Positions 1 through 15,295 of a DNA stretch of 64,000 bases are shown piece after piece. A program made the position numbers and the translations under genes. Numbering within the stretch: the stretch's first letter is position 1; each line of letters starts with the position of its first letter. This DNA is from the human T2T-CHM13v2.0 reference genome, Homo sapiens. Under the pieces are notes generated by a model. The model ran no database searches. It worked only from the letters and a program-made list of their open reading frames with translations, and was not told where the DNA came from. The stretch lies in assembly GCF_009914755.1 (NCBI RefSeq), contig NC_060929.1, one strand, 5' to 3'.

Positions 1-765
1 AATGCTCATCATCACTGGCCATCAGAGAAATGCAAATCAAAACCACAATGAGATACCATCTCACACCAGTTAGAATGGCGATCATTAAAAAGTCAGGAAA
101 CAACAGGTGCTGGAGAGGATGTGGAGAAATAGGAACACTTTTACACTGTTGGTGGGACTGTAAACTAGTTCAACCATTGTGGAAGTCAGTGTGGCAATTC
201 CTCAGGGATCTAGAACTAGAAATACCATTTGACCCAGCCATCCCATTACTGGGTATATACCCAAAAGATTATAAATCATGCTGCTATAAAGACACATGCA
301 CATGTATGTTTATTGCGGCACTATTCACAATAGCAAAGACTTGGAACCAAGCCAAATGTCCAACAATGATAGACTGGATTAAGAAAAGGTAGCACATATA
401 CACCATGGAATACTATGCAGTCATAAAAAATGATGAGTTCATGTCCTTTGTAGCGACATGGATGAAGCTGGAAACCATCATTCTCAGCAAACTATAGCAA
501 GGACAAAAAACCAAACACCACATGTTCTCACTCATAGGTGGGAATTGAACAATGAGAACACATGGACACAGGAAGGGGAACATCACACACTGGGGCCTGT
601 TGTGGTGTGGGGGGAAGGGGGAGGGATAGCATTAGAAGATATACCTAATGTTAAATGACGAGTTACTGGGTGCAGCACACCAACATGGCACATGTATACA
701 TATGTAACTAACCTGCACATTGTGCACATGTACCCTAAAACTTAAAGTATAATAAAGAAAAAAAG
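1..765 (+). mobile_element. L1PA (approx. L1PA4/5) 3' end: ORF2 C-terminus, 3'UTR and poly-A
   Basis: ORF 30-392 is the L1 ORF2p C-terminus ([27 protein letters not shown]...) with a premature TAG at 390-392; G-rich 3'UTR; AATAAA followed by A tail at about 751-765. Confidence 0.95.
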
Positions 766-880
766 AATTTTCCCTTCCAGTGAACACTACCTGCTGAAGG
801 TGGAAAAAGCTAGAAGGTAACTATGTCCTTGTCAGAGGAATTCTGATAGAAGAAAGGTAGACCTGAAAGGAAATAGTGCC

Positions 881-910
881 AAAAAACAAAACAAACAAAC
901 AAACAAAACA
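881..910. repeat. (CAAA)n microsatellite
   Basis: caaaacaaacaaacaaacaaaac seen directly. Confidence 0.8.
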
Positions 911-1784
911 CAAGCAAGATGTAGACAGACTGACAGCCAGAGCCTTCCAAATGAGAAAGTGCAAAGCTGGTGAAGGGGAAAATGGCATTCAGTCCTTGAT
1001 CATTCCCAGGGTGATAGTGATCTGCTTGTAGGTGTCTAAAGGGTGTGTGCACACAGGAAAAGAGGCGATTGGGCCAAGTTCTTCAGATTAATCTACAAGA
1101 GAGATAAAGGAAAATAGGGAGGGGAGGAAAGAAAATGATTGATTGCAATTTCTAAGTAGATTTGTTTTTTTTTTTTTAGTAGACATTATATGCCATTTCA
1201 GACTTGGGGCCTGCTCATGAAAATCCAGGGGAGATGTCCTTGTTTGAACTACTTTTAGACATTCACTTTGCTTTTAATATCAGCTGAATAACATAGTTTA
1301 TTTAAAAAGCACAATGCCCAAGGGACCTAGAGAAACTCCTCTGCAGTCATGTGGGCTTCAGTGGCAGAACACAACATGCTTCTCCCCATGTTTTATTCCA
1401 TTTATTTCACGTGTCCAGAATTTAATGAGAATTGGATTCCATGAGAGATACTGCCAGATCAAGTGAAATCATGCATGGAAAAGCCCATCCTAAATGATGA
1501 AAACTTGTCTTGAAGTCACTTTCAGATCCTGATACCTGAAATCTTATCCTGTTTAGTTATTTTCTTAAAATTGTCTGCTATGAGCATGTATTTGTAAGTA
1601 GAAGCTTTACAAAGACTTCTAAAATGAGGGCTAAATGGGATTTCTGCATTTGTAGGTTTCTGCTCTTTGGGATTGGCTTGAACCACTGTGTTCCTGGAAG
1701 CTTCTTCCAGTGCAAGGCCTCATGAGAATCAAGAAGCTTCTCATCAGGTTCTGTTCTACTGTAGGGGCTGCAGTTCTCAGATGC

Positions 1785-2602
<818 letters not shown>

Positions 2603-3477
2603 GGTGTCAGGAGCCCAGGAGTTTCTGGGGATTTCATCCAGAGCACAGGGCTGACAGGGCCTGTTTTAGAACTAAAGTCAAACCCATGTTGTGCAGCTGT
2701 GGGAGCATACCCTGCCTGATGATGACTTCTTGCCTGAATAATTGCCCACTGTCATGGTGGATCAGCCTAGTTAATCCACGGGGCTTGGCCTAAAAGTGGG
2801 AGAGATGGAGCATGGGAGCTCATTTGGCATCTTTGTCTATATTTTTAAGAGGCCCCCCTTCTTCTGAGTGGATTAATCCCCAGCCAGGATGTATGACTTG
2901 GTGAGCCCTGGACATCATCCCCCTAAGATATCTTAGCCAGGTGTCCTTGTGCAGCGAACAGCCCTCCCAGCTGTATGTGTTGGCCTTGCCCAGAGAGAAC
3001 CAAGCAACATTTCTTAGATGAGAAACTGAGCCTGGATATTGATGAACTTGCTGAACTGTGTGTCCTGGGTAATCTGTAATTGGGAATTCTAGATTCTAAA
3101 ACTAGAGTCTGAGTGGCCTGACTACCCAGGCTACATGTACCTTACTCCCTAGGTGAGGGAATCAGAGGGAGTATGCATGGGAAAAAACTGCCTATCCAAA
3201 GACTCCCTCTCCACACCTGTCAACTCACCAATTTCAGAATTAATTGGATTGTAAAATAAAAATGCCTTCTGAGAGTGTTACCTTATTCATATGTTTAGCA
3301 AGAATGACTTCATTCAGGTGATGATGATAATAATTATTTGTATCTAAAAAACATCGAGTGGTTTCAAATACTCATATTATTTGATCTCCAAGACCACAAG
3401 GATTTCATGGCTGTTTAGGGCTCACTTGAGGAAATTAACATTTCATGATTTAACGAAGCACTATTTTTGTAAGCATA

Positions 3478-3625
3478 ATTTTTATTAAGTGAAACAAACA
3501 TACAGAAAAGTGCATAAATCATAAATGTACAGTCCCATGAATCTTCACAAACTGAATATATCTATGTAACCGCCATCCAGATAAAGAAGTAGAATATTTC
3601 CAGTACCCCAGAAAACATCCTTCTC
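3478..3625 (-). mobile_element. Old L1M 3'-end fragment
   Basis: catacagaaaagtgcataaatcataaatgtacag...catccagataaagaagtagaatatttccagtacccca resembles antisense L1MC/ME 3' end. Confidence 0.7.
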
Positions 3626-4122
3626 TAAAAATTTTGATGCTAGACTCCGCCCAAAGAGCCAGGGTCCAAAGAGATAACAATTCCAAAATAAAATCTCAAG
3701 GTGAAAATGAAAAATTATAGTCAAATCTGTGGATAAGGCCGGGGTCATTAACCTTTGTTAGGCAAGTTAGGAATAAATGAAAAAAGTACTAAATATTTCC
3801 TTGCCTTTATTGCTTTAAAACCTTCTCTAAACCTTAAATAATGTTTATATCCTTCGACCCAGTGATTTTGTTTCTTGAAGTCTGGTGGAGATTCAGAGAT
3901 TTCTGTGGGAGATAGAAATTGGATTCAACCTAAGTACCCAGCAATGAGGGCTTGGTTAAATCTGTTTTTCATTGACTGATAGATAAATGGAATATTATAC
4001 AATTGTTAAAAAATCAGAACCCATGCTTAAATGTTCATGACACAGTGAAAAGTGAAATGGAAAGATATAAGAATTGTACGCATATTAGACAATATGAATT
4101 TTATTTTTGTTAAAAATGTCTG

Positions 4123-4458
<336 letters not shown>

Positions 4459-5914
4459 CTAAGTGTGAAATTAAAGGCAATTATAATTTTATTTTCATGC
4501 TATTTGTTTTACTTACTGTTTAATTTCTAAATGAGTTTATGTTACTTTAATAATAAAATATTCAGAACTTCTTTATAAAACTATTTTTACCTTTGATATA
4601 TTTTCACTTATTAAATAACTCTGTTTTGTCAAAAATAAATAAAAGGCAAACAATCATCCTTATTTTCTTATCAGGAAGAGGCACAGCAGTAATTTATTTT
4701 CCCAAATTCCACGCCCTTGACTGATGTTTCAGTCTCACTTAAATCATTGCCTAGTTCTTTTGATTGCTACAGAAACCTTTGGAAATAAACCGAAACTGCA
4801 AATGACATGGAGATAAAGCAATGCCAGGCATTACTGTTATCTTTGCCATTCCAAAATGTCTTAGGCACCATGAAGAAAGCATTCACCTACCTGCACTATG
4901 GGTTTCAAAGGATGTGGGCTTCTGTTTTCTAATTTCTAATTGTTTCAAATTCTTCAAAAATTGATCATCCATACATCATATGCTTGGTAATTTTCAATCA
5001 GAACATTCCATTTCTTAATTATTTTTGTTAAATAGGATAAAGAGTTAAATTTTTTCTTTTTCCTTTGCACTTGAAATCCATACCCAGTATATAGCCAGTG
5101 CCTGCTGAGGTGTATTTGTCCACTTGTTCAAGTGTGGGGTTTGGTGGTGGGAAGGTCATGGACTTGGAGCTGGGTTTTGCAACTTTGCAATCTTGAGAAA
5201 GACAGCCAACTTCTTCGTGCCTTTGTCTCTAGGAAATGAAAGCCCAGAGATGTGATGATTTTTAAGAGTTGAACTGAGCTGCAAGCTTGTGGATCATGTA
5301 AGTGCTAACAGAGGCAGACGGAGAAGGAAGATCTGCCATGAAGTGCTACGGTGGGAGGTGCGTCAGCTTGGGGTGGAGGGGTCCCAGGTGGCCCCAGGAG
5401 AAGAGGCCTCTGAACAAAGAAGACAATGCTTGGGTTACGGTGGAAGGGACACGGAAGGTGAGTGTTTTCTTCTTATAATTCTAGAATGATAGGGCTCCAA
5501 GAGTCCTCAGCGATCTTCTAACTGAACAAACTCATTTGAAATATGGGAAAATGGAGTATACAACAAATTAGAGACTTGGCGAGGAAAAAGGATCCAGTTA
5601 GCAACAGAGGTGGGATTTGAACAGGTTTTCCATTTCCAGCCTCACCATTCTTTCTCCTGTCTCTATTCCAAATTGAATGACTCTCCGAGGGTGCCAGTGG
5701 GAAGTAAGCTTCTTTTCCCCAAACCGGACACTTTGTCAGATGGCACAGCCTTTCCTTAAGAGCTGCAGCTCACGTGGTGCCAGTTTCAGATGCCAGTGTT
5801 AGCTGCTTATTCCTTGGGGTCTCCTAGGCCAGTCCCATGGCTTTATTACTTAGCCAGGCCAAGAGTTGGAGAGACTAGTTTCTGAGAAATATAAGATTTG
5901 AGGGATATTTTGTG

Positions 5915-6560
5915 GTTTGGATTTCCCTCGAAGCAGAATCTGAAATGAGGAATTGAGGGCAAGTCATTTATTTGGTAGGTGATCCCAGGAAACACCACCT
6001 GGGAAGTGAGGCAGGGAAGAGGAGGGAGGAAGCCAATAAATGATGTGTTATCAAACCAGTCACCACCATGGGCAACTGGACCTTGGTTCTGCTAGGGTAC
6101 TCGGGGAGACCATATAGAACAGATACCTTAGAGCAGGGTTTCACAAACTCGGCACTGTTGATATCTGGGGCTGGATAATTCTTGGTTTAGGGGATTGTCC
6201 TTTGTGCTGTTAGATGGTTAGTAGCATCCTGAACTGTACCCGTTAGATGCAAGTTGCATCTCCTCCCCACCCCTCCTCCCACCTGTTGTGACAATCTAAA
6301 AATTCTCTAAACATTGTCAAATGTCCCCTGGGGGAATCATTTGTGAAGAATTGAGAAACCACTGCCTTAGAGTTATCCCGTTTAAGGGACAAGGAAGCTG
6401 GGGTATATTTATCCTCTGACTTCCTGTCTGTCACTGGTAGCAGGCTGTTTTTTGGGGGCATTGACTTTCTAGAATTCATTGGCCAGGCATGTTATCTTCA
6501 TCAGAAAAAAAGTATTCAGGCCAAGATTTTCAGGAAAACAGCTCTTGGCATTTAGAGGAG
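5915..6560 (-). mobile_element. LTR16/LTR33-type ERVL LTR split by MER20
   Basis: gaagcagaatctgaaatgagg...tttatttggtaggtgatcccaggaaac...gccaataaa; resumes after MER20 at ttatccc. Confidence 0.65.
6134..6364 (-). mobile_element. MER20 (hAT-Charlie MITE)
   Basis: CAG...CTG termini, MER20-like interior, perfect 8-bp TSD CCTTAGAG at 6126-6133 and 6365-6372. Confidence 0.92.
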
Positions 6561-6644
6561 AGTTCTGAATGTACATGAGTGAGGCAGAGAAAACACCTAA
6601 GATTGTAGTCATTTGGGCATATGCTTTATCATTCATCATTAGCC

Positions 6645-6875
6645 ATCATTTCTTCACCATTCTACAAATGTTTATCAAGGACCTACTGTGTGCTAGATGC
6701 CAGGCACAACATAGGAGATTCAATGTCCAATGATGAGCAAAAAATGGATACAGCTCCTGCCTTTATGCCTTTTGAAGTAACAGTCTAGAGGAGCAATGAA
6801 CACTAATCAAGTAACACAAATGAATTTTTAAATCATATAGTGATAGTGCTATGATAAGCTACAAAGTACTGAAAT
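6645..6875 (-). mobile_element. L2 3' fragment
   Basis: acaaatgtttatcaaggacctactgtgtgctag is the antisense L2 3' terminus. Confidence 0.7.
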
Positions 6876-6884
6876 AAGTCATAA

Positions 6885-7270
6885 TACATTGGCTATTCTT
6901 CCAACACCCTGTCTTCAGGGCATTGGCAATTGTCATTCCCTCTATCAGGAACATTTTTCTTCCAGGTAGCAGAGCTTTGTTTTTCTCTGCATTTAGGGTG
7001 CAGTTAAGTGGTCCTCTCTTCAGAGGAGCTTCAGAGACCACTTAACTTTGACCACTTTATCTAAAACAGTGCTTGGCCCTTTCGCCCTTTCACCCTTTAC
7101 TCTGTTCATTTCTTGTTCATAGCACCTGTCATACCTGACAGAGGTATTTTTATTGTTTATTTTTTGTCCCTCCCTGGCATGTCAATTGTCTCATTGCCTT
7201 TACATTCCTAGCAACTAGGTCAATGCCTGGAACTTAGTAGGTATTCAATAAATACTTGTTGTATGAATAA
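6885..7270 (+). mobile_element. L2 3' fragment
   Basis: Ends tgcctggaacttagtaggtattcaataaatacttgttgtatgaat. Confidence 0.75.
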
Positions 7271-7274
7271 TCGA

Positions 7275-7650
7275 GAGGGATTGACTTGGTGAGGTCAGGG
7301 AAGACTTTCTTAAGGCAATAGCAATAAGCCAAGATCTAAAGAGATAAGGAATTACCTGGATGAAGGGGATAGGGAAAAGCATTCTACACAGGAGGAATAG
7401 CATGCGGAACGGCTCTGTGGGTAGGAAGAAGCATGGAGATCCTAAAGAACTAAAAGCAGGACTGTGTACATGGAACAGAGAGAGGCTGGAGCTGTTAGTT
7501 AGGATTTTAAGCTTCAGAGTAAAAACAACAGAAAGCCATTGATGCATTTTAAGCAATGGAAAGTTGTACATGGGAAGGTGGAAGAAGGGTGGAAAACACA
7601 ACCAGATTTTTATTTAAAAAAGATCATCTGGTTTCAGGGTCTGGAATGCT
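7275..7650 (-). mobile_element. L2 fragment (probable continuation of 6645-6875)
   Basis: gaggtcagggaagactttct...gaaagccattgatgcattttaagcaatg typical antisense L2. Confidence 0.65.
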
Positions 7651-8009
7651 GGAAGGAGCCAAGAGCAGACGCCATCTTGGTGATGTGTTTCATCTTCAGG
7701 ACCTGAGACCCATCTGGTCAAATATTTGTGTGTATATGCAAAATTTTAGGTCATTTGTTAAAAGGAGCTCATGAATACATGTCCTTGACTTCCCAGAGAT
7801 GGAAAAAACACTTCTCTCCGCCAAAGAACTTCCAAATAGTGCTTCTAGCCTATGCTCCTCATCAGTGTCCATGTCTCTCAGATGTCTCTAGTTTTGGTTG
7901 AGGAATGAGGAAATGTGGTTGCCTCCTTTTATTGGCTGATTCGTCTGCTGAGCTCCTAACTTCTTAGCTAATCTAGGTGAAACCAACCCTTGTCCTGGAC
8001 CCTGGGCTT

Positions 8010-8205
8010 TTGTGGAGGACTGTCTTACTGTTCACAAATACTCCGCCTTTTCCATGAGAAGCTAATTTATCCCTGCCTGTTGAAATTGGGCATGGACAAT
8101 GACTTGCTTGGTTGTCTAATAAAATGTGAGCAGAAAGGATATGCGTCACTTCTGAGCCAAAAGTTTTCAGAGCCAGTGCATGGTTGGCCATGTTTTCTCT
8201 TGCCT
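8010..8205 (+). mobile_element. MLT1 (MaLR) LTR fragment
   Basis: aataaaatgtgagcagaaaggatatgcgtcacttctgagcc motif. Confidence 0.6.
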
Positions 8206-8323
8206 TTGTAGGCACACAATAAATGTTTGTTGAAAAAAGATGAATAAAAGGAAAGAGCCCCAATTAGGAGCTGGGTTAGCTGAGGCCTATTCCCAGAGTT
8301 TCCACTAACTAGCTGTGGCATAA

Positions 8324-8617
<294 letters not shown>

Positions 8618-8636
8618 TAAATGGTTCTTAAGATTT

Positions 8637-8773
8637 CTTTTTTTTTTTTTTTTTGAGATGGGGGAGGGTCTTGCTATGTTGCCCAGGCTAGTCTTGCACT
8701 GTTGGGTTCAGGCCATACTCCTGCCTCAGCCTTGGAGTAGTTGGGATTATAGACGTGAGCCACCATGCCCAGC
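8637..8773 (-). mobile_element. FLAM / Alu left monomer
   Basis: T-tract followed by a single monomer ending gagccaccatgcccagct. Confidence 0.85.
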
Positions 8774-9249
8774 TCAGGATTCTTTCATTTCTAAAACCCT
8801 GTGCAGATATTGCAGAAGTAAAGTGATGATTTTTGGATGCTTATTGGAAGTCTTGTTCATGCTGGTGAATGGGGAAAAGACTTTGGGTGGGGGTAGGGAG
8901 CACTGATTGGCAAGTTATTTTGTGTTTTTAAAACAAAAATCGCTCTTCAGGGTGGTGCACTATTCCCAGATTTTCTCTGGAAGCTGTGTTCCAACACCTT
9001 TCTCAGACTTCCCCACACTCCCCCTCAGGACATCAGAAGGAGGGCCCCCGAATTCATTCTTGCAGCAAAGAGCCTCAAGACTCTGCTCAGACCAGGAAAT
9101 GAGGGACCTGTTCCTACAAATTGCTGTCAAAATGTATTCTTAATATTTGTTCTCTGGAGTCACTGTTTTGGTGACCTCAGTCCCTGGAGGCTCCTCCTGG
9201 GGGCGATAGGATGCCTTCAGAGGGGAGCTGACAGCCCTGTGTTGTGTCT

Positions 9250-9830
9250 GGGCTCGCGGGAGGCCATCGCTGTGTCCATTGGAGCCAGATGTTTTCCCAG
9301 CCCTTAACCTGCTGTGGTTTCTTAGCTCAACGTCTCCAGTGCGACTCTCCCATAACACCCAGCGCCATCTTGTAGACGCGCTCATGCTTCCGGACCGCGG
9401 GCGCCCCACCGGGAAGAGCGCTCCACGCTGAAGAGGAAGGAAACTTCACACTTAATTCATCAAATTCAAACTGAGCTGTGGTGAAAGGAACGGGGCAGAG
9501 TGAAAGGAACACCCATATGCCCCAGAAGACCCCGGGGCATCGCTGCCTTTCAGCTTCTTTTGCGCTTTCTGCAGCTCGTGTCACATTCCAAGGACACTCA
9601 GCTCCGCACATGCACAGAGGGCCGCGTCTGTCCCGGGGGCGTGTTACCTAAAACCAGGCGCTGACCTCCAGGTCAGGAACTCTTGAGTATTTAATCTCTC
9701 CGCCGTTCATGGCTACCCGGGTGGCCTCTGAAATATTACTTAATGTCTCTGGGTTCTGATTTCCTCAATTGTGTGGTACCCAGTGACCTTACGATGACAT
9801 TTCACTACCTACGAAAAATGGCGCCATCTG
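9250..9830 (-). promoter_or_regulatory. CpG-rich promoter-like element with YY1 and ETS motifs
   Basis: The only clearly CpG-dense non-repeat patch in the window; minus strand reads CCGGAAG (9387-9393) then AAGATGGCG (9363-9371); candidate donor CAG|GTTAAG at 9307-9308; second YY1 pair at 9815-9829. Confidence 0.65.
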
Positions 9831-11217
9831 AATGTTTAGTCTTTACCTAGAAGTATAAGAAGGGGTTTCTTGCCTGGGAATGATCCTGTGAAGCTGAGGT
9901 CACAGTTTATCTTCTCAATTAGGGCAGGGATTAGTACCACAGAAGGTCATTCGTCAAGAAAAAGGAAAGCTTCTCCCTTTCCAAAAATGCAAGTAGTGAA
10001 ACTTACATTTCTCACTTTTCCCTGATTGCTCAGAACTAAATATAAAATTTAATTGGCAAGTATTTTAGCACTTATTTTTAACATATTTTCTTTTGGTCAT
10101 AATTTTTAATTTTATTAACCTTACTGATTTGACAGGGTCAAATCTAAATAAATAATAATATTTTATTTATTATACAATACATAAATTTCTGCATAGCTTG
10201 AAGGGACCTTGTGGATTGTTAAATCCAACTATGTAGTTTACAGATTAAGCAGTTAAAGTCTGCAGAGAAGGGACAGGACTAAATGTCATCAGCTTGTTAG
10301 TTCCAAAGCTGGGTGGGAAAAGCAGTTCTTCCTTCTGATTCTTAGACCAATAATTCATTCCTCCATTCCATAATGACGATTCTTAGAACGTGACCTTACC
10401 TGTAACAGTAGGGACAAAGCAAGACAATTGTCTTTGAGTTTCAGGAACAGACTTTTTAGAATTAAATAGTTTCAGGTACATGCTATAGGGAATTCAGTTG
10501 ATTTGTCCTGGTTAGAAAGCACTTTGTTCACACCTATACATATGACTCTAGGTTATGGGTTCTTCTGGAGTCTTCTGAACCTGCTGGGCATTTCTGACTG
10601 GATGAAAATTAACAAAAGTCTATGTTCATCCTGATGAAAATTAGCAGCAGTTCATCTTAGTTTAATTGCCACAACGTGCAGCTATGAGAGTATGTATATT
10701 TTCATTCACGTATTTGAAATATTTATGGATTGTCTGTTATATGACTAGTACTAGGGGTTCTATAAATTTACCCATATAATGTGTATGTGTTAAATATATA
10801 TTATTAATATGGGTAAATGTAATATGTTTATATAGGTAAATGTAATCTATTTGGTATGTAGATACACAAATTTAGAGTATATAACAGATATGTTTCTGTA
10901 TAGACATATATTTTGGAGACATTCTGTTGTCTGGCTTCTTTATATTCCCATATGTGCTCAATTTCTGTATTCCCTTTCCTGATTCATCGTTTTCTTCTAG
11001 TATTGAAGTAGAATAAAGGCAACCATGTATTGTGGAGCAGGGGGTACACAACACAATTTTCAAGGACTCATTTCTACCTCTACAGCCATGCACAGCAGCC
11101 TTGCAGTTCAAATCACGAAGCTACCACCCATCTGATGACATTTTGCTGTCCTAATCGGAAAGTGTAGCTTTAGACAAAATGAACCATCTTTTGAGGGCTG
11201 AACTTGCAAATATGTTC

Positions 11218-11249
<32 letters not shown>

Positions 11250-11273
11250 ATATATATGTGTATATATATATAT
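11218..11273. repeat. (TG)n/(TA)n microsatellite
   Basis: Seen directly. Confidence 0.9.
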
Positions 11274-11620
11274 AAAACAATTGGATCAAAAACATGAATC
11301 AAACTAATTGGTAATTTTTTTTCCAGAATTAGGCAAAGTGACAAGACTGAATCCTCAGGAAATATACTTAATTCTCCTCATTGGTGTTGCCTCTGAGTAC
11401 ATGCTGTGATGTGATGGTGTAAGAATAGCAATGTTATGTTGAAATTCTTTCAGTTCTCACTGATATGAAAAGAGTTCTAAATGTATTCCAAGTTTTGGAC
11501 TGTAGTAGATTGAAATATACCAAGACCACAGAGTAATTAACTTCTCTATAGTTTGGAAAATTGATTGGAGAAGACACTAAGAATTTTGCAGATAATCTCT
11601 TTTAAAGTAATATTGTAAAT

Positions 11621-11678
11621 ATTTAAGTATGGTTAGCATACTTAAGTATGGTTAACCATACTTAAGTGTGGTTAACAT
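11621..11678. repeat. Three-copy 19-20 bp tandem repeat containing a 28-bp perfect palindrome
   Basis: Unit about ACTTAAGTATGGTTAACCAT; palindrome at 11640-11667. Confidence 0.9.
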
Positions 11679-12908
11679 AACAGTAATACCATATATTTAT
11701 ATGTCATCCTATCTCCAAGGAGCTCTTAGTAATTTACAAATTGTTTTTAAATATGGTTATAGCTCTCAGATTCTCTAGAAAGCAAGCAGGAACAAGTTCT
11801 ATGAATACTGCTTAAATCAAGGAGTTTGAGATTCTTTGAGTGGCAAATCCAGACTCATCCAGTATGTCAGCATCTGAGTTAGATGCTCTTGGCACCCATG
11901 TCCTTCCTGTTTTGTGGTTTTCAGTGGGAGCCTAGACTCCTATTTGATCAATCTCTTCTTTCTAGCTTGCTTCCTAAACACTACCACACCACACTCCACT
12001 ATATGAAGTTCCAAGCAATGTGGAATCTGTGCTGTTTTAGTGAGAGATTGAGACCTCTTTCTGTGCTCCCAGGAAATTTTGCCAAAATTGCAAACACACG
12101 GTTCTGGTGAATCTTTTTAAAATATTTGATGGTTAGCAAAGAATAATGTTTCACTGGATTTTTGAATTTTACCAATGAAGGGAGGTGATGGGGTGTAGTG
12201 GATTAGACACTTGCCTGTGATTCAGGGACCTGGGTTCTAGTCTTCAGCCCTGAGGCACTTATGTAAGTTTGGCCTGGGAACTGAGCTGGGAACATGAGGA
12301 CCTTCCTCGGGAGATGGGGCCTCAGGAAATGACCTTGGCTTATAAGGGAAGGTGTAACTGAGGCCTTTATTGCCAGATCCTTTCCATAAAAACACAGTCT
12401 CTCCCTCTTCTCCTGTTACTATCACAGACTTTTGGAAATCTGAAATACAAGGACAGACCTAGTAATAATTGCTGCCATTCTTGAGGTCTTTACTTGTGTG
12501 CAGTCATTACTCCCTTTCATCTTACAATCTAGGTTTTAGCTCTGTGACCTTGGGCAAGTTACGTAACCACTCTGGTTCTCAGTTTCATCAAATATCAAAA
12601 AGGAGGGATTTGACTAGGTATAGTGGTTTTCAAATTGGGCCCTGTGAATCTCTAAGGATCAGGGGAGAACCCTTAGGAACTACTGAGTGCATCAAAGAAA
12701 CAGCTACATAGGCAGGTCTCCTCAAGCTAGCAGTCCCTTCCCTTACTCTCAATCACAGAAGCTTTGCTTTTTATCTGTGTTAAATAGTGGAGTTATTTGG
12801 AAAAAAAGCTTCTCACATTAAAGAAGTTTAGCTTTACTCGGTCAAGATGGTATAAAAAGAGACTAGATTTACCCTTCTACCTAAAACAAACACATAATAT
12901 ATAAAATA

Positions 12909-14397
<1,489 letters not shown>

Positions 14398-15295
14398 TAA
14401 CAGTTTTCAAGACAGTGGACATTAGCCCATGCATATGAGGAAACTAACAGAGGCTAGGGAAAGAACCACCCAAAAGAGTTAGAAAGAATGACATCTGGTA
14501 CTCACACTGGGCCTGGAATAGTGCCTGTTCCCACCAGTCAGACTGGAAAACCTCACAATTCGTGAAGCAATGGGTGAAATACTTAGAAAAGTCTTGTCTC
14601 AGTGGAGGGAAATAGCCCTAGGCTAAACACTGCTCTAGTCCTGCCTAACAAGACTTGAAAGCAAGAACAAAAAGGACCAAACTGTATCTTTGTAATTTAA
14701 TTGTATCTCAGAATAAAGCTTAAAATATTTATAGGAATATGAAAATGTCCAGTAACAAACATGGTGCAGTTTATAATGACTACAATCCAATAAAAAATTA
14801 CCAGGCATGCAAAAAAACAGGAAAATACAACCCACAATGAGGAAAAAAAATTAAAGTCAACCTATAATTTATACAGATGTTAGAATTAGTAAGCAAGGAC
14901 ATTCATTATAACTATATTCCACATGTTCAAAAAATAAAGTAGAGACATGGAAGATATTAAAAAGAGAAAAAAGTTCACATCAAGCTTCTGGAGGTGAAAG
15001 CTATAATGTCAAAGGTGAAAAATATGTTACATGAGATTAATGGTAAATTAGACATTGCAGAAGAAAAGATTAGTGAATTTGAAGACATAGCAATAGAAAC
15101 TACCAAAAATGAAACACACAGAGAAAAAAGAATTTTAAAAAATATGCAGAGGATCAGTGAGCTATGGGACAACTTGGAGGCCTCATATATATGTAATTGG
15201 AGTATTATTAGAGGAGAAAAGAGAGAAGAACAAAAAATATTTGAAGAAATAATGGCTGAAAAATTTCCATATTTGATACAAACTATAAACCCACA

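Noticed and set aside
30-392. 120-aa ORF as a gene
   Set aside because: L1 ORF2p fragment with a premature stop; retrotransposon remnant.
591-625. G-quadruplex-like run
   Set aside because: Standard L1 3'UTR feature, not locus-specific.
9250-9830. Assigning a gene name to the promoter or locus
   Set aside because: I do not recognise the sequence well enough; needs a BLAT search.
11621-11678. Palindromic repeats as a CRISPR-like array
   Set aside because: No spacers, no cas genes, primate context.
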